64,000 nt of DNA from Nannocystis bainbridge (GCF_028368995.1 NZ_JAQNDL010000001.1:4384001-4448000), one strand, 5' to 3'; counted from the first letter of the stretch, positions 44,387 to 54,643 are shown. Numbers and translations are program-made. The notes: generated by a model not told the origin, from the letters alone.

Positions 44387-45754
44387 ATGTCTGAGAGGCC
44401 AGCGCCCGAGGGCCACCTCCGCTCGAGCAAGGTCGGTCTGCGCCGCTATCTTTCGGCGCGCATGGTGCCGCTGGTGGTGCTCTTGCTGGTGCTGGTCTCG
44501 GCCTCGGCGCCGCTGGCCTACGCCACCCTGCAGGCTCGCGGGCTGCGCTCGCAGGCGCGGGCGACCGCCGTCCAGGCGGCCGACGCGATCGCCCGTGAGG
44601 TCCAGGAGCGGCCGGTGCTGTGGCGCTACGACGCCGGCAAGCTGCTGGCCCATCTGCGCGCCTACGTCGACAACGCGGGGGCCGCTCGCATCGAGATCGC
44701 CGATCGATCGGGAGTGCGGATCCCCCTCGACCCCGAGCCGATCGCCAGCCCCGCCGCCGCTGGTCCGCTCGCCTGGGAGGCCGCGCCGATCATCCTCAAC
44801 GACGAGGTCGTCGGCCACGCGTGGGTCGCCGTCAGCCTGGCCGAGGCCCGCAACGCCGCGCTGCTGCTGCTCGGACCGTTCGGCCTGCTCGGCGTCGGGC
44901 TCGCCGGTCTGCTCTACTTCATCCCGCTGGGCGCGATCACCCGCGCCGAGCGGCGCATCGAGCAGAGCCAGGCCGCGCTCGCCCGCTTCAACCAGACGCT
45001 CGAGCAACAGGTCGCCGAGCGCTCGTCGCAGCTCGGCGAGGCTTACGAGCAGCTGCGCCAAAAAGAGGGCCGGCTGCGCGAGCTGTCGGCCCGCGCCGTG
45101 CTGCTCCAGGAGGCCGAGCGGCGCGTCATCGCCCGCGAGCTGCACGACTCGGCCGGCCAGGCGCTCACGGCGATCCGCATCAACGTGCAGCTGATGGTCG
45201 AGCTGGCCGAGCCCGACAGCAAGACCGCCAAGATGGCCGCGCGCACCCTGACGATCGTCGACGCGACGCTCGAGGAGATCCGTCGCGCCGTCAGCATGTT
45301 GGGCCCGGCGATCCTCGACGACGTCGGCCTGGTCGCCGCGATCGAGCGGCTGTGCGACGACTTCGAGCGCGAGGACCTCGAGATCTGGCGGGAGCTCGAG
45401 GTGCCTGACGGCGGGCTGTCCGCCGCGCTCGAGAGCGTGTGCTACCGGGTGACCCAGGAGGCGCTGACGAACGCCGCGCGCCACGCCGCAGCCAGCGAGT
45501 TGCGGGTGGTCCTGAGGGTCGAGCCCGCGCACATCGTGCTGGAGGTCCGGGACAACGGCCGGGGGTTTGTCCCCGGCGAGCGCGGCGAGGGGCGTGGCGG
45601 TCGAGGGCTCGTCGGCATGCGCGAGCGCGTCGAGCTGCTCGGCGGCAACCTCCGCATCGACACCTCGACGGGAGCCGGCACTGCCATCCGCGTCGAGCTG
45701 CCGCGGCGGGCTTTGAGCGACGACGGCGACGACTCGGCCGTGGTCGTCGCGTGA
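44387..45754 (+). CDS. Sensor histidine kinase (HisKA_3, NarX/UhpB type)
   Basis: Two TMs; ERRVIARELHD; QEALTNAARHA; DNGRGF; GLVGMRERV. Confidence 0.92.
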   Translation: MSERPAPEGHLRSSKVGLRRYLSARMVPLVVLLLVLVSASAPLAYATLQARGLRSQARATAVQAADAIAREVQERPVLWRYDAGKLLAHLRAYVDNAGAARIEIADRSGVRIPLDPEPIASPAAAGPLAWEAAPIILNDEVVGHAWVAVSLAEARNAALLLLGPFGLLGVGLAGLLYFIPLGAITRAERRIEQSQAALARFNQTLEQQVAERSSQLGEAYEQLRQKEGRLRELSARAVLLQEAERRVIARELHDSAGQALTAIRINVQLMVELAEPDSKTAKMAARTLTIVDATLEEIRRAVSMLGPAILDDVGLVAAIERLCDDFEREDLEIWRELEVPDGGLSAALESVCYRVTQEALTNAARHAAASELRVVLRVEPAHIVLEVRDNGRGFVPGERGEGRGGRGLVGMRERVELLGGNLRIDTSTGAGTAIRVELPRRALSDDGDDSAVVVA

Positions 45755-45766
45755 TACATTGCGAGC

Positions 45767-46438
45767 GTGAGCACCAAGAAGACCATCCGGGTCGTCCTCG
45801 CCGAAGACCACACGATCGTGCGCGAGGGCCTGCGCGCGCTGCTCGACGTGCGTGACGACATCGAGGTCGTCGCCGAAGTCGCCGACGGTCGCGCCGCGGT
45901 CGAGGCCGTGGCCGCCCACAAGCCCGACGTCGCGATCATGGACCTCGGCATGCCGGAGCTGAACGGCGTCGACGCCACGCGAGCGATCCGCAAGGACTTC
46001 CCGGCCACCCAGGTGCTCATCCTGTCGATGCACTCCGGCGAGGAGTACGTGCGCCCGGCCATCCGCGCCGGCGCCAGCGGCTACCTGCTCAAGGGCAGCG
46101 GCCTGTCCGACCTGGTGGCCGCGATCCAGGCCGTCTCGCAGGGCGACGCCTTCTTCAGCCCTTCGATCGCCAAGATCGTGCTCCACGACTCGCGCCGCGA
46201 CGCGCGGCCCGGCGGGCGCGAGCCGCAGCCGGGTGACGCCCTCACCAATCGCGAACGCGAGATCCTCCAGCTCGTCGCCGAGGGCCGCTCCAGCCCGGAA
46301 ATTGCCCGCCAGCTCAGTCTCAGCGTGAAGACCGTCGAGGGTCACCGCGGCCGCATCATGGCCAAGCTCGACGTGCACCACGTCGCCGGCCTCGTGCGTC
46401 ACGCCATCCGCATCGGCCTCGTCTCGCCCGACGCGTAG
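45767..46438 (+). CDS. NarL/LuxR-family response regulator
   Basis: EDHTIVREG, DLGMP, GASGYLLK, LTNREREIL, SVKTVEGH. Confidence 0.94.
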   Translation: MSTKKTIRVVLAEDHTIVREGLRALLDVRDDIEVVAEVADGRAAVEAVAAHKPDVAIMDLGMPELNGVDATRAIRKDFPATQVLILSMHSGEEYVRPAIRAGASGYLLKGSGLSDLVAAIQAVSQGDAFFSPSIAKIVLHDSRRDARPGGREPQPGDALTNREREILQLVAEGRSSPEIARQLSLSVKTVEGHRGRIMAKLDVHHVAGLVRHAIRIGLVSPDA

Positions 46439-46591
46439 ACCTTCGGGCAGGGTCTGGACCGCTCCTCAGGGCGCCTCGAACGCGGTTTCGCGCCGAGTGG
46501 ATCCCCTCGAATTTTCGCAGCGTGGAACTGCTGTGGTGTGGCGAAAAACGAGGTGGATAATTGCTCGTGAATCCACCGCGAGTTTTTCCCC

Positions 46592-47902
46592 ATGCGAAAT
46601 TTAGCCCTTTGCACCGCCCTGATGGCGCTGACGGCCTGTCCGGCCGACGACCCGAACACCACCGATTCGCCGACCAGCGACCCGACGACCGACGGGACCG
46701 CGTCCACGGACGGGACCGCGACGACCGACGGGACCGACGCGACCTCGACGACCGACGAGCCGACCTCGACGACCGACACGCCGACCTCGACGACCGACGA
46801 GCCGACCAGCACGACCGATCCGGGCACCACCACCGAGAGCGCCTGCGACGGCCTCGACATCCCGGCGATCGACGAGTCGGGTTGTGAGCCGCTCGCCACC
46901 GACTACCAGCCGCGCACCAACAATTCGGCCGACGACGAGTGGCCCGCGTGCGTGTCCGACACGGGCCCGTACACCCTCGTCGACAACCCGCCGAGCACCA
47001 TCGCCCGCATCGTCGCCTACGAGAACATCGCCGACCTGCTGTGGCGCAAGGCCGACCCGACGCCCGCCGACTTCACCGCCGCGCGCAGCGAGTACGTGCT
47101 GCCCGAGGGCCTCGAGTCGCGGCTCGTCCGCCGCGAGGACCTGCACTTCCCGCCGATCCCCGAGGCCGAGTGGGACCCGCAGGTCGACGCCGACAAGCAG
47201 TGCACCGTCGAGGCGCTGGCCACCAAGTACGCCGAGCGCTGCGTCGGCCCGGCGGCGATGAAGCCGCTGGTCGACGAGGCGTTCGCCGCCGGTCAGGCCG
47301 GCGAGGGCGACGCCAAGATCCACGCGGCGCGGATCCACGGCGGCCTGCTCTGGTTCCTCTACCTCTCCGTGTACAAGGAGGCCAACACCTGCGCCACGGT
47401 CGCGCCGAAGGACTGCGACTCGGCCTGGGCCTACTACACCGGCGGCGAGGCGATCGACGCCCCGATCGGCATGGCCGCCGAGGTCGACGCGATCAGCGGC
47501 AACGCCCACGAGCGGATCCACGACGGCATCCTGGCCACCCGCTGCTGGCGTGACATCGCCCAGGACGGCGGCATGTACCCGCTGCTCGAGACCCTGCCCG
47601 ACGACCAGCAGGAGCTGTTCGCGCAGGGCTGGGAGCAGCTCGACCAGGGCCTCCACCGCGGCTACGCGGTGATCGTCCGCGACCACATGCAGCAGTACGT
47701 CGACGCCTCCTGCAGCAGCGCCGACACCCAGGCCCACTGGGCGTTCCTGCAGGTCGCCGGCCCCGTGCTCAACCGCGAGGCCCAGGATCGCAACCCCGCC
47801 GAGGCCGGCAAGCTGGCCGCGCTGTGGACCACCGACGCCCCGGGCCCCGACGAGGTCACCGACGCGATCTTCGCCCTCGACGCGATCTTCCCCTGCCCGT
47901 AA
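46592..47902 (+). CDS. Acidic lipoprotein with Thr/Asp-rich linker
   Basis: LTAC lipobox; TTDEPT repeats; helical C-domain with DSAWAYYTG. Confidence 0.8.
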   Translation: MRNLALCTALMALTACPADDPNTTDSPTSDPTTDGTASTDGTATTDGTDATSTTDEPTSTTDTPTSTTDEPTSTTDPGTTTESACDGLDIPAIDESGCEPLATDYQPRTNNSADDEWPACVSDTGPYTLVDNPPSTIARIVAYENIADLLWRKADPTPADFTAARSEYVLPEGLESRLVRREDLHFPPIPEAEWDPQVDADKQCTVEALATKYAERCVGPAAMKPLVDEAFAAGQAGEGDAKIHAARIHGGLLWFLYLSVYKEANTCATVAPKDCDSAWAYYTGGEAIDAPIGMAAEVDAISGNAHERIHDGILATRCWRDIAQDGGMYPLLETLPDDQQELFAQGWEQLDQGLHRGYAVIVRDHMQQYVDASCSSADTQAHWAFLQVAGPVLNREAQDRNPAEAGKLAALWTTDAPGPDEVTDAIFALDAIFPCP

Positions 47903-47953
47903 GGGCATGCTCCGAAGGGCATGCTCTGAAGGGCATGTCCTTCAAGACATATG
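47889..47953. repeat. Array of 14-bp units overlapping the lipoprotein stop codon
   Basis: Junctions at 47892, 47906, 47920, 47934, 47948 (GGGCATGCTCCGAA-like units); a further pair at 48045/48059. Confidence 0.9.
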
Positions 47954-48108
47954 ATGAGGGCCGAGCGCCGCGCGCTCGGCCCTCTCTTCGCGAGCTGGCT
48001 CTGTCCTCGAGACTCAGCGCGCGATCAGCCTCGGCACGCGATGACATGTCCGAAGAGACATCCGAGCGGCCTCTCCGGCGCGAGCGAACGTCACGCCATC
48101 CGGAACGA

Positions 48109-48146
48109 GAGAAGGGGCCGAGCTTCGCGCTCGGCCCCTTCTTCTC
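48109..48146. terminator. Hairpin terminator between convergent units, downstream of tRNA-Val
   Basis: GAAGGGGCCGAGC-TTCGC-GCTCGGCCCCTTC followed by a pyrimidine tract. Confidence 0.75.
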
Positions 48147-48152
48147 TTCTCA

Positions 48153-48224
48153 TAGGCGGAACAGGGTTCGAACCTGCGACCCGCGCCTTGTAAGGGCGCC
48201 GCTCTACCGCTGAGCTATCCGCCT
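48153..48224 (-). tRNA. tRNA-Val(TAC)
   Basis: AGGCGGA acceptor, TAGCTCAGCGGTAGAGC D-arm, GCGCC-CTTACAA-GGCGC anticodon arm, GGTTCGAACC. Confidence 0.95.
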
Positions 48225-48237
48225 GGGCGCGAGGAAG

Positions 48238-48759
48238 CTAGCACAGCGGGGGCCCGCCGTGCGCGAGGATCGTGCGGGCCTCCGGGGCGAGCGCGGCCAG
48301 CAGCTCGGCCGCCGTGGCGCCGCCGCGCGGGCGCAGGTCCGGGCGCAGCGCCGCCAGCGGGGCGAGCACGAAGTCGCGACGGGCCAGCTCGGGGTGGGGC
48401 AGCACGAGCCGCTCGCTGTCGACCTGCAGCGAGCGACCGTCCTCGGTCATGACCAGCAGGTCGAGGTCGAGGGTGCGCGCCTCCCAGCGCTCGCGTCGGG
48501 TCCGCCCGTGCCGCGCCTCGAGCGCGAGCAGCCCGGTCAGCAGCTCCGCGGGCGCGAGCGTGGTCCGCAGCTCGACCACCGCGTTGAGGAACGGGTGAAG
48601 CGACGGTCCCAGCGGCCGGGTCTCGAACACCGGCGAGCAACGGAGCAGCTCGGTCCCGGCGATCACCCCGGCACGCAACGCTTCAGCCGCGCCGCGCAGC
48701 GTATCGAGCCGCTCGCCGAGGTTGCTGCCGAGGCCGACGTACGCGAGCGCCGAAGTCAT
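48238..48759 (-). CDS. folK: 2-amino-4-hydroxy-6-hydroxymethyldihydropteridine diphosphokinase
   Basis: GLGSNLG, FLNAV, RTLDLDLL, LPHP...RDFVLAPL. Confidence 0.95.
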   Translation of the reverse strand: MTSALAYVGLGSNLGERLDTLRGAAEALRAGVIAGTELLRCSPVFETRPLGPSLHPFLNAVVELRTTLAPAELLTGLLALEARHGRTRRERWEARTLDLDLLVMTEDGRSLQVDSERLVLPHPELARRDFVLAPLAALRPDLRPRGGATAAELLAALAPEARTILAHGGPPLC

Positions 48760-48802
48760 GGCTCGCTCGCTCGCGCCGAAGCGACGCGTGGACAGATCTT
48801 CG

Positions 48803-49633
48803 TCATCGCGGCCCCGAATGCGCCGTGCCCGTGTGCGGCGCGTCCGTCGTGTGCGCGTACGGGGTCACCAGGGTGATCGGCAGCGCCCCCGCGAACCCGA
48901 CCCGCAGCGTCGCCGCCAGCGCGCGTGGAGAGCGATCTGTCTCCGGGGACAGCTCACTCGTCTGGTCCTCGGCCGGCAGCGAGAAGCGGACCCGACCCTC
49001 GGCGTCGGCGTTGCTGGCGAGCACGCGCTCGCCGAGCACCAGCTCGACCGCGCGGCCGCTGGCCGGCCCGCTCGGCGGATCGCACGGCTTCACCGGACCC
49101 TCGCGCAGCGCCACCGCGTCGCTCACCCGCACCCGGTCGCGCGCCCGCACGCTGTCGACGATCCCCGCCGTCAACAGCCCCACGCCCACGCCGGTGAACA
49201 CCCCGCCGATGCGCAGCCCCGTCTTCGGATCGCGGATGTACTGCATGCGCTCGGCGTCGTACGAGGGCTCGGCCGCGAACAGCTCCGGCCGCGCGAACGC
49301 CAGCGCCGCCGCCCCGAGCGCCAGCGCGGCCAGCCCGTACTCGAAGTAGATCATCGCGTCCGGCTTGCGGACGATCCGCTCCTCCTGCCGCGCCGCCAGG
49401 TGCGCCACCGTCCGGCACGACCGCAGCTCGCGGAGCTCGACCTCGAGGGTGCTCCCGCGCTGCGACCAGCGGGCCTCGACCGCCACCGCGACCACCCGCT
49501 CCTCGCTCAAGAGCGGCTGCGCGTCGGGGCGAACGATCGTGCGGAGCTCGGTCTCCGAGGTGATCTGCGAGCAGGCCGCGGCGAACGCCGCGACGAGGCC
49601 CAGAGCCGCCGAGGAAGGTCGGACCTCGCGCAC
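48803..49633 (-). CDS. Hypothetical lipoprotein with two internal hydrophobic segments
   Basis: AAAC lipobox; GC3-biased frame. Confidence 0.7.
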   Translation of the reverse strand: MREVRPSSAALGLVAAFAAACSQITSETELRTIVRPDAQPLLSEERVVAVAVEARWSQRGSTLEVELRELRSCRTVAHLAARQEERIVRKPDAMIYFEYGLAALALGAAALAFARPELFAAEPSYDAERMQYIRDPKTGLRIGGVFTGVGVGLLTAGIVDSVRARDRVRVSDAVALREGPVKPCDPPSGPASGRAVELVLGERVLASNADAEGRVRFSLPAEDQTSELSPETDRSPRALAATLRVGFAGALPITLVTPYAHTTDAPHTGTAHSGPR

Positions 49634-49645
49634 GCGGTCACCTGG

Positions 49646-49966
49646 TCAAAGGGACACCTCGGTCCCGAGCTTCTTGCTGACCACCCGCGCGACGGTCGTC
49701 ATCAACTCGTCGTCGGTCTTGCGGGCGATCCACTTGTTTTGCTCGGGCACGAAATCGAAGTGCCACGCGGTGGTGCCGGCGGCCATCCAGATCTGCCCGG
49801 CCGCGCTGTGGGCGTTGATGACGAAGCGCCCGCCGTCCTTGAACGAGAGCGTGAGCACGTCGCCGGCGAGCTGGACGTCGAGCTCCTCGAGCTCGAGCCC
49901 GCCGAGGTGCGCGTCGATGTGTTCGAGCGCCTTCGCCGACAGCTTGAAGAAGTCCTTCTGCTCCAT
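49646..49966 (-). CDS. cyaY: Iron donor protein CyaY (frataxin)
   Basis: GDVLTLSF.DG..FVIN, QIWMA, WHF. Confidence 0.9.
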   Translation of the reverse strand: MEQKDFFKLSAKALEHIDAHLGGLELEELDVQLAGDVLTLSFKDGGRFVINAHSAAGQIWMAAGTTAWHFDFVPEQNKWIARKTDDELMTTVARVVSKKLGTEVSL

Positions 49967-50000
49967 GGCCCACGAGGGTTACGCGATCGTGCAGAGTCGG

Positions 50001-50333
50001 TCAATTCGCCGGTGTGGGGGCCGGAGGGGGCGATTTGGCGTCTGCCGCGTCTGGCGGCTTCGCGGGCGCTTCGGCCTTGCCGGCCGGCCCGCGGGCGCCC
50101 GGGTCGAGGCCCATCTGCCGCGCCTGGTCCTCGGAGATCTCGACGACCTCGACCGACTTGCCGTCGGGCAGCGTGAAGGTGTGCTTGGGCCCGTCGAGCA
50201 CCGGAGCGGCGTTCTGCTCGGCCTGCTCGGCCTGCTCCTCCTTGTACTTCTGACACGCCATGTAGCCGAAGTAGGCGAGCAGCGGGACGTAGATGCAGAG
50301 CCGGATCAGGACGCCTTTGGATGGCAGCTTCAT
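50001..50333 (-). CDS. Small membrane-anchored hypothetical protein
   Basis: MKLPSKGVLIRLCIYVPLLAYFGY N-terminal TM; typical codon usage. Confidence 0.7.
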   Translation of the reverse strand: MKLPSKGVLIRLCIYVPLLAYFGYMACQKYKEEQAEQAEQNAAPVLDGPKHTFTLPDGKSVEVVEISEDQARQMGLDPGARGPAGKAEAPAKPPDAADAKSPPPAPTPAN

Positions 50334-50341
50334 GGGGTGTC

Positions 50342-51109
50342 TCAAGGGTCGGACGTGAACTTGAGGTCGCGCCAGGTCGCGACCTGCGCGCGGCTGTCGG
50401 CGTGGAGGCGGGAGTCGCCGCTGACGGGCTCGAGCGCGCCGGTGGCCACCCGCGACAGGCGGAGCGTCGCGCTGCACGGCTCGGGCCGGGTCAGGCCGGT
50501 CTTGAGCTGCCCGGGGGCCACCTGCGCCGCGCCCTCGTCCGGTAGCTCGAGCACGATCGGCGCGGCCAGGCAGGTCACGCCGTCGATCGCGTCGTCGATG
50601 CGGGCGAGGATCGTCGCGCCGGCCCGCGCCGGGGTCCAGGCGACCTCGAACGCCTGCGCGCGCGGCAGCTTGGCGCCGGCCGTGGGCGCGGTGATCTCGA
50701 ACGCCGGCGCCTCGACCGAGATGGAATAGATCGCCTCGTCGTCGTCGTCGTCGCGCAGGCGCAGCTCGTGCTTCACGGTCTCGCCGCCCTTGGCCCGGTC
50801 GACGGTCTCGGTCTTGTACACGTACGAGCCGCTGGGCTTGCGCACGCGCGTGGCCGTGACGCCGTCGACCGCGATCGAGCTGCGCTTGCACAGCGCCAGC
50901 GCCAGCCCGGCGTCGTCGTCGAGCCGGCGAATCTCGATCTCCGTGCGCGCCAGCTTGCCGTTGTGGTCGATGTACGCGGTGACCAGCAGGCCGTCTTCGG
51001 CGAGCCCGGCGCACGAGGCGTCGGTGCCCTCGCAGGCCGGCAGCCACGCGCACGCCACCAGCGCCAGCAGGCGGCAGGACGACGCGCGGCGGAGGCGTGC
51101 GACCATCAC
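50342..51109 (-). CDS. Hypothetical lipoprotein
   Basis: LPAC lipobox; beta-rich sequence. Confidence 0.7.
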   Translation of the reverse strand: MMVARLRRASSCRLLALVACAWLPACEGTDASCAGLAEDGLLVTAYIDHNGKLARTEIEIRRLDDDAGLALALCKRSSIAVDGVTATRVRKPSGSYVYKTETVDRAKGGETVKHELRLRDDDDDEAIYSISVEAPAFEITAPTAGAKLPRAQAFEVAWTPARAGATILARIDDAIDGVTCLAAPIVLELPDEGAAQVAPGQLKTGLTRPEPCSATLRLSRVATGALEPVSGDSRLHADSRAQVATWRDLKFTSDP

Positions 51110-51176
51110 CGGCAGGATAGCAAAAAAAACCCGAGCGGCGTCGGGAGGGGCGCAAACGGCCGGGGCGCGCGGAGCT

Positions 51177-51617
51177 TCAGCCGCCGAGGTGGGGCTTCAC
51201 CACGACCATGATCACGATGAGCAGCAGCGGGACGAGCGGCACCTCGTTGAGCAGCCGACATTGCCGCGAGGTCAGGTTGCAGCGCCCGGCTGCGAGGTCC
51301 TTGCGGACCTTGCCGCAGTAGAGGTGATAGCCGACGAGCAGCAGCAGCCCGAGCAGCTTGGCGTGGAACCACCCCTGGGCCATGTAGAAGCCCGGCATCT
51401 GCACGAACAGGGCGACGCCGAAGGTGGCGGTGAAGATCATCGCCGGCCAGCAGATCCCGCGGTACAGCCGCCGCTCCATGATCGCCAGCAGCTGCGTGAT
51501 CTCGGGCTTGTCGCGGTTCTCGACGTGATAGACGTAGAGCCGGAAGATGTAGAAGAGCCCGGCGAACCACGCGACGAAGCCGATGATGTGGAACGCCTTG
51601 AGCCAGAGGTAGAGCAC
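51177..51617 (-). CDS. hemJ: Protoporphyrinogen oxidase HemJ
   Basis: YLWLKAFHII..VAWFAGLFY..RL, MERRLY..I, WFHAKL, NEVP, VVVKP. Confidence 0.93.
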   Translation of the reverse strand: MLYLWLKAFHIIGFVAWFAGLFYIFRLYVYHVENRDKPEITQLLAIMERRLYRGICWPAMIFTATFGVALFVQMPGFYMAQGWFHAKLLGLLLLVGYHLYCGKVRKDLAAGRCNLTSRQCRLLNEVPLVPLLLIVIMVVVKPHLGG

Positions 51618-51650
51618 GGCCCAGTTCTACCTCTTCGCCGCGCCGCGGGC

Positions 51651-52427
51651 TCAGGTGCCCGGGGTGTGACCGAACATGTGGATGTGGAGCCGCTCGCCGA
51701 GGCGAAACCCGCGCTCGATGCAGATCGGCATGAGCGCGCGATAGGCCGCGGGCAGGGCCTCGCGGTCGGTGCACTCGGGCATGAGCAGTACGCGGCCGCG
51801 CTGGTCGTCGGGCACCGCGAGCTCGCGCAGCAGGGCCTCGATCTCGGCGACGTCGGCGGCGCTCTCGCCGGCGCGCACGACGAACTTGAGCTGCCACGGG
51901 AAGCTCGCCATCAGCCGCGCCAGCGCCGGCAGGTGGAGCCGCGTGCGCTCGTGCCGCTCGGCCTGCGCCGGGTCGCGGGCCCACGGCGTGCTGTGACGCA
52001 GCTTCGGGCTCAGCGACACCAGGTCACAGGCGAGGCCCTCGAGCCACACGGTCCCGGCGGTCTCGACGGTGACGTGATGCCCGGCCGCCCGCAGCTGCCG
52101 ACTGAGCGCGGCGACCCCGGCGTACAGCAGCGGCTCGCCGCCGGTGAGCACGACGTGGCGCGGGCCGGCGGCGCAGAAGCCGAGCAGCTCGGTCAGCTCG
52201 GCGCGGCGGCTGGACGGCGCCCAGGACGTGCCGGGCGAGTCGCACCACGCGCAGCGGAGGTTGCAGCCGGACACGCGGACGAACGAGCTCGGGACGCCGA
52301 CGAGCGTGCCCTCACCCTGCAACGAGATGAAGCGCTCGTGGATCGGCAGCCAGGTCGGCGGCGCGGCCGAGAGCGACGGCGGGGCCGAATTCCGGGCGCT
52401 GCCAGGCGGGTCGAAGGCGGCGGTCAT
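51651..52427 (-). CDS. queE: 7-carboxy-7-deazaguanine synthase (radical SAM)
   Basis: [34 protein letters not shown]. Confidence 0.9.
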   Translation of the reverse strand: MTAAFDPPGSARNSAPPSLSAAPPTWLPIHERFISLQGEGTLVGVPSSFVRVSGCNLRCAWCDSPGTSWAPSSRRAELTELLGFCAAGPRHVVLTGGEPLLYAGVAALSRQLRAAGHHVTVETAGTVWLEGLACDLVSLSPKLRHSTPWARDPAQAERHERTRLHLPALARLMASFPWQLKFVVRAGESAADVAEIEALLRELAVPDDQRGRVLLMPECTDREALPAAYRALMPICIERGFRLGERLHIHMFGHTPGT

Positions 52428-52491
52428 GCGCGCGTCGTCGCTGTACCGCACTTGCGAACCCCGGGCCAGGAATTCTACGCTCGCGTCTGCC

Positions 52492-53883
52492 ATGCAGACC
52501 CCGCGGACCAAGATCGTCGACGTGCTCCAGCTCGAGCCCCCGCGCGCCGGTGTGCGCGTCAAGGGCTGGGCGCGCACCGTCCGGGACAGCAAACAGGTCG
52601 TGTTCGTCGAGCTCCACGACGGCTCGTGCTTCGCCAGCCTGCAGGTGGTCGTCAACCCCGAGCTCGCCAACTACGAGCAGCTGCGCAAGCTGACGACCGG
52701 CAGCGCGGTCGAGATCGTCGGCGAGGTCATCGCCTCTCCCGCGGCTGGCCAGCGCGTCGAGCTCAAGGCCACCGAGGTGATCGTCGTCGGCCTGGCCGAC
52801 TCGAGCTTCCCGCTGCAGAAGAAGCGCCACGGCTTCGAGTTCTTGCGCGAGATCTCCCACCTGCGTGCCCGCACCAACACCTTCGGCGCCGTCTTCCGCG
52901 TCCGCAGCGCCCTCGCCCAGGCCGTCCACGAGTTCTTCCAGCAGCGCGGGTTCGTGTACGTGCACACGCCGATCATCACCGGCTCCGACGCCGAGGGCGC
53001 CGGCGAGATGTTCCGCGTCACCACGCTCGACGTGAACAGCCCGCCGCGCACGCCCGAGGGCGCGGTCGACTACCACGAGGATTTCTTCGCTCGCCCGTCG
53101 TTCCTCACGGTGTCCGGCCAGCTCAACGGCGAGACCTTCGCCATGGGCCTGTCGGACATCTACACGTTCGGCCCGACCTTCCGCGCCGAGAACTCGAACA
53201 CCAGCCGGCACGCCGCCGAGTTCTGGATGATCGAGCCGGAGATGGCGTGGTGCGACCTCGACGACGACGCGACGCTGGCGGAGGCGTTCGTCAAGCACCT
53301 CATGCGCACGGCGCTCGACCGCTGCGCCGACGACCTCGCGTTCTTCAACAAGCAGATCGATCCGGGCCTGGTCGCGCGCCTGCAGCACGTGCTCGACTCG
53401 AGCTTCGAGCGCATGCCGTACACCGAGGCGGTCCGCCGGCTGGAGGCCTCGGGCCAGAAGTTCGAGTTCCCGGTCCACTGGGGCGCCAACCTGCAGGCGG
53501 AGCACGAGCGCTACCTGACCGAGACGCTGGTCGGTCGCCCGGTCTTCGTCACCGACTACCCGACCGAGATCAAGGCGTTCTACATGCGCCGCAACGACGA
53601 CGGCAAAACGGTCGCGGCGATGGACCTGCTGGTGCCGAAGATCGGCGAGCTGATCGGCGGCTCACAGCGCGAGGAGCGGCTCGACGTGCTGCTGGACGCA
53701 ATCCGCAAGTCGGGCCTGCACGCGGAGCACTACAGCTGGTACCTCGACACCCGCCGCTTCGGCACGGCGCCGCACGCCGGCTTCGGCCTCGGCTTCGAGC
53801 GCCTCGTCATGTACGTGACGGGGATGGAGAACATCCGCGACGTCATCCCCTTCCCGCGGACGCCGCGGAACTGCGATTTCTAG
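52492..53883 (+). CDS. asnS: Asparagine--tRNA ligase
   Basis: [67 protein letters not shown]. Confidence 0.97.
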   Translation: MQTPRTKIVDVLQLEPPRAGVRVKGWARTVRDSKQVVFVELHDGSCFASLQVVVNPELANYEQLRKLTTGSAVEIVGEVIASPAAGQRVELKATEVIVVGLADSSFPLQKKRHGFEFLREISHLRARTNTFGAVFRVRSALAQAVHEFFQQRGFVYVHTPIITGSDAEGAGEMFRVTTLDVNSPPRTPEGAVDYHEDFFARPSFLTVSGQLNGETFAMGLSDIYTFGPTFRAENSNTSRHAAEFWMIEPEMAWCDLDDDATLAEAFVKHLMRTALDRCADDLAFFNKQIDPGLVARLQHVLDSSFERMPYTEAVRRLEASGQKFEFPVHWGANLQAEHERYLTETLVGRPVFVTDYPTEIKAFYMRRNDDGKTVAAMDLLVPKIGELIGGSQREERLDVLLDAIRKSGLHAEHYSWYLDTRRFGTAPHAGFGLGFERLVMYVTGMENIRDVIPFPRTPRNCDF

Positions 53884-54187
53884 AGCCATTGGGCGTGTGG
53901 GCCCAGGTATCACGCGTTGCGCGAGGCGCGCACGGTCCCAAAACGCATAAAAAAACCCAAGGAAATTGAGCAATTTGGCTGCAGCAGTCGGAAATCTCTG
54001 GCGACCCTCTGGCGCAAACGCTAGCCTTGTGTTCGTGGGCACAGGGGGCCTTGGGATGCAGGTAAACAGGGGCACAGACCGTGGGGACAGGGTTGAAGTT
54101 TTACCCGGCACCTGCGTCCAAAATAGTGCCGGCCTGATGCCGGGCTCTCGCACGCAACCTTGGATTGCCTGAGGAAGGTTTATTCCT

Positions 54188-54643
54188 ATGTATCTCCGGA
54201 GAAACAAAGTCCGTTGTGGTGAGTCGCGCAGGACCTACCTGTCCATCGCGCACAATGTCTGGTGGTCCGGCGAGGGGAACAAGAAGGCGCAGAGCCGTCC
54301 CATCGTCGTGGCGAGCTTCGGAGTCGAAGACCAGGTCGATGTCGATCTGGCCCGCGACCTGGTCGCAGCGGTCGAACGCTGCGCCCCGAAGTTCCAGATC
54401 CGCCGAGGCGAGGGCAAAGAAGCGACGATGCGGATCGCCCAGGAGATCCGCAAAATCGAGCCGTTCCTCAAGGTGCTCGCCAGCCGCAAGCTGGGCCTCG
54501 CCCAGCACCTGCCGCCGCACCCGGAGCGCATGGTGATCCTCGAGGCGCTGATCCGCGACAAGCTCAGCGACCCGGCCGACACCACGATCGCCGCCCGCGA
54601 AGAGGCGATCCTGTCGAGCCTCAAGACTCACCTCTCCGCGTAA
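54188..54643 (+). CDS. 151-aa protein resembling the N-terminal domain of IS1634-family transposases, without a DDE domain
   Basis: GAGGAAGG RBS; MYLRR...TYLSIAHNVWW...SRPIVVASFG pattern; similarity is recalled, not searched. Confidence 0.6.
   Translation: MYLRRNKVRCGESRRTYLSIAHNVWWSGEGNKKAQSRPIVVASFGVEDQVDVDLARDLVAAVERCAPKFQIRRGEGKEATMRIAQEIRKIEPFLKVLASRKLGLAQHLPPHPERMVILEALIRDKLSDPADTTIAAREEAILSSLKTHLSA

Noticed and set aside
51651-52427. queE as part of a 7-deazaguanine DNA-modification (dpd) system
   Set aside because: No dpdA/tgt-like or other dpd genes nearby; housekeeping context (hemJ, asnS).
53999-54013. Sigma54-like GG-N10-GC upstream of the 54188 ORF
   Set aside because: Poor match to TGGCAC-N5-TTGC; such spacing is common at this GC content.
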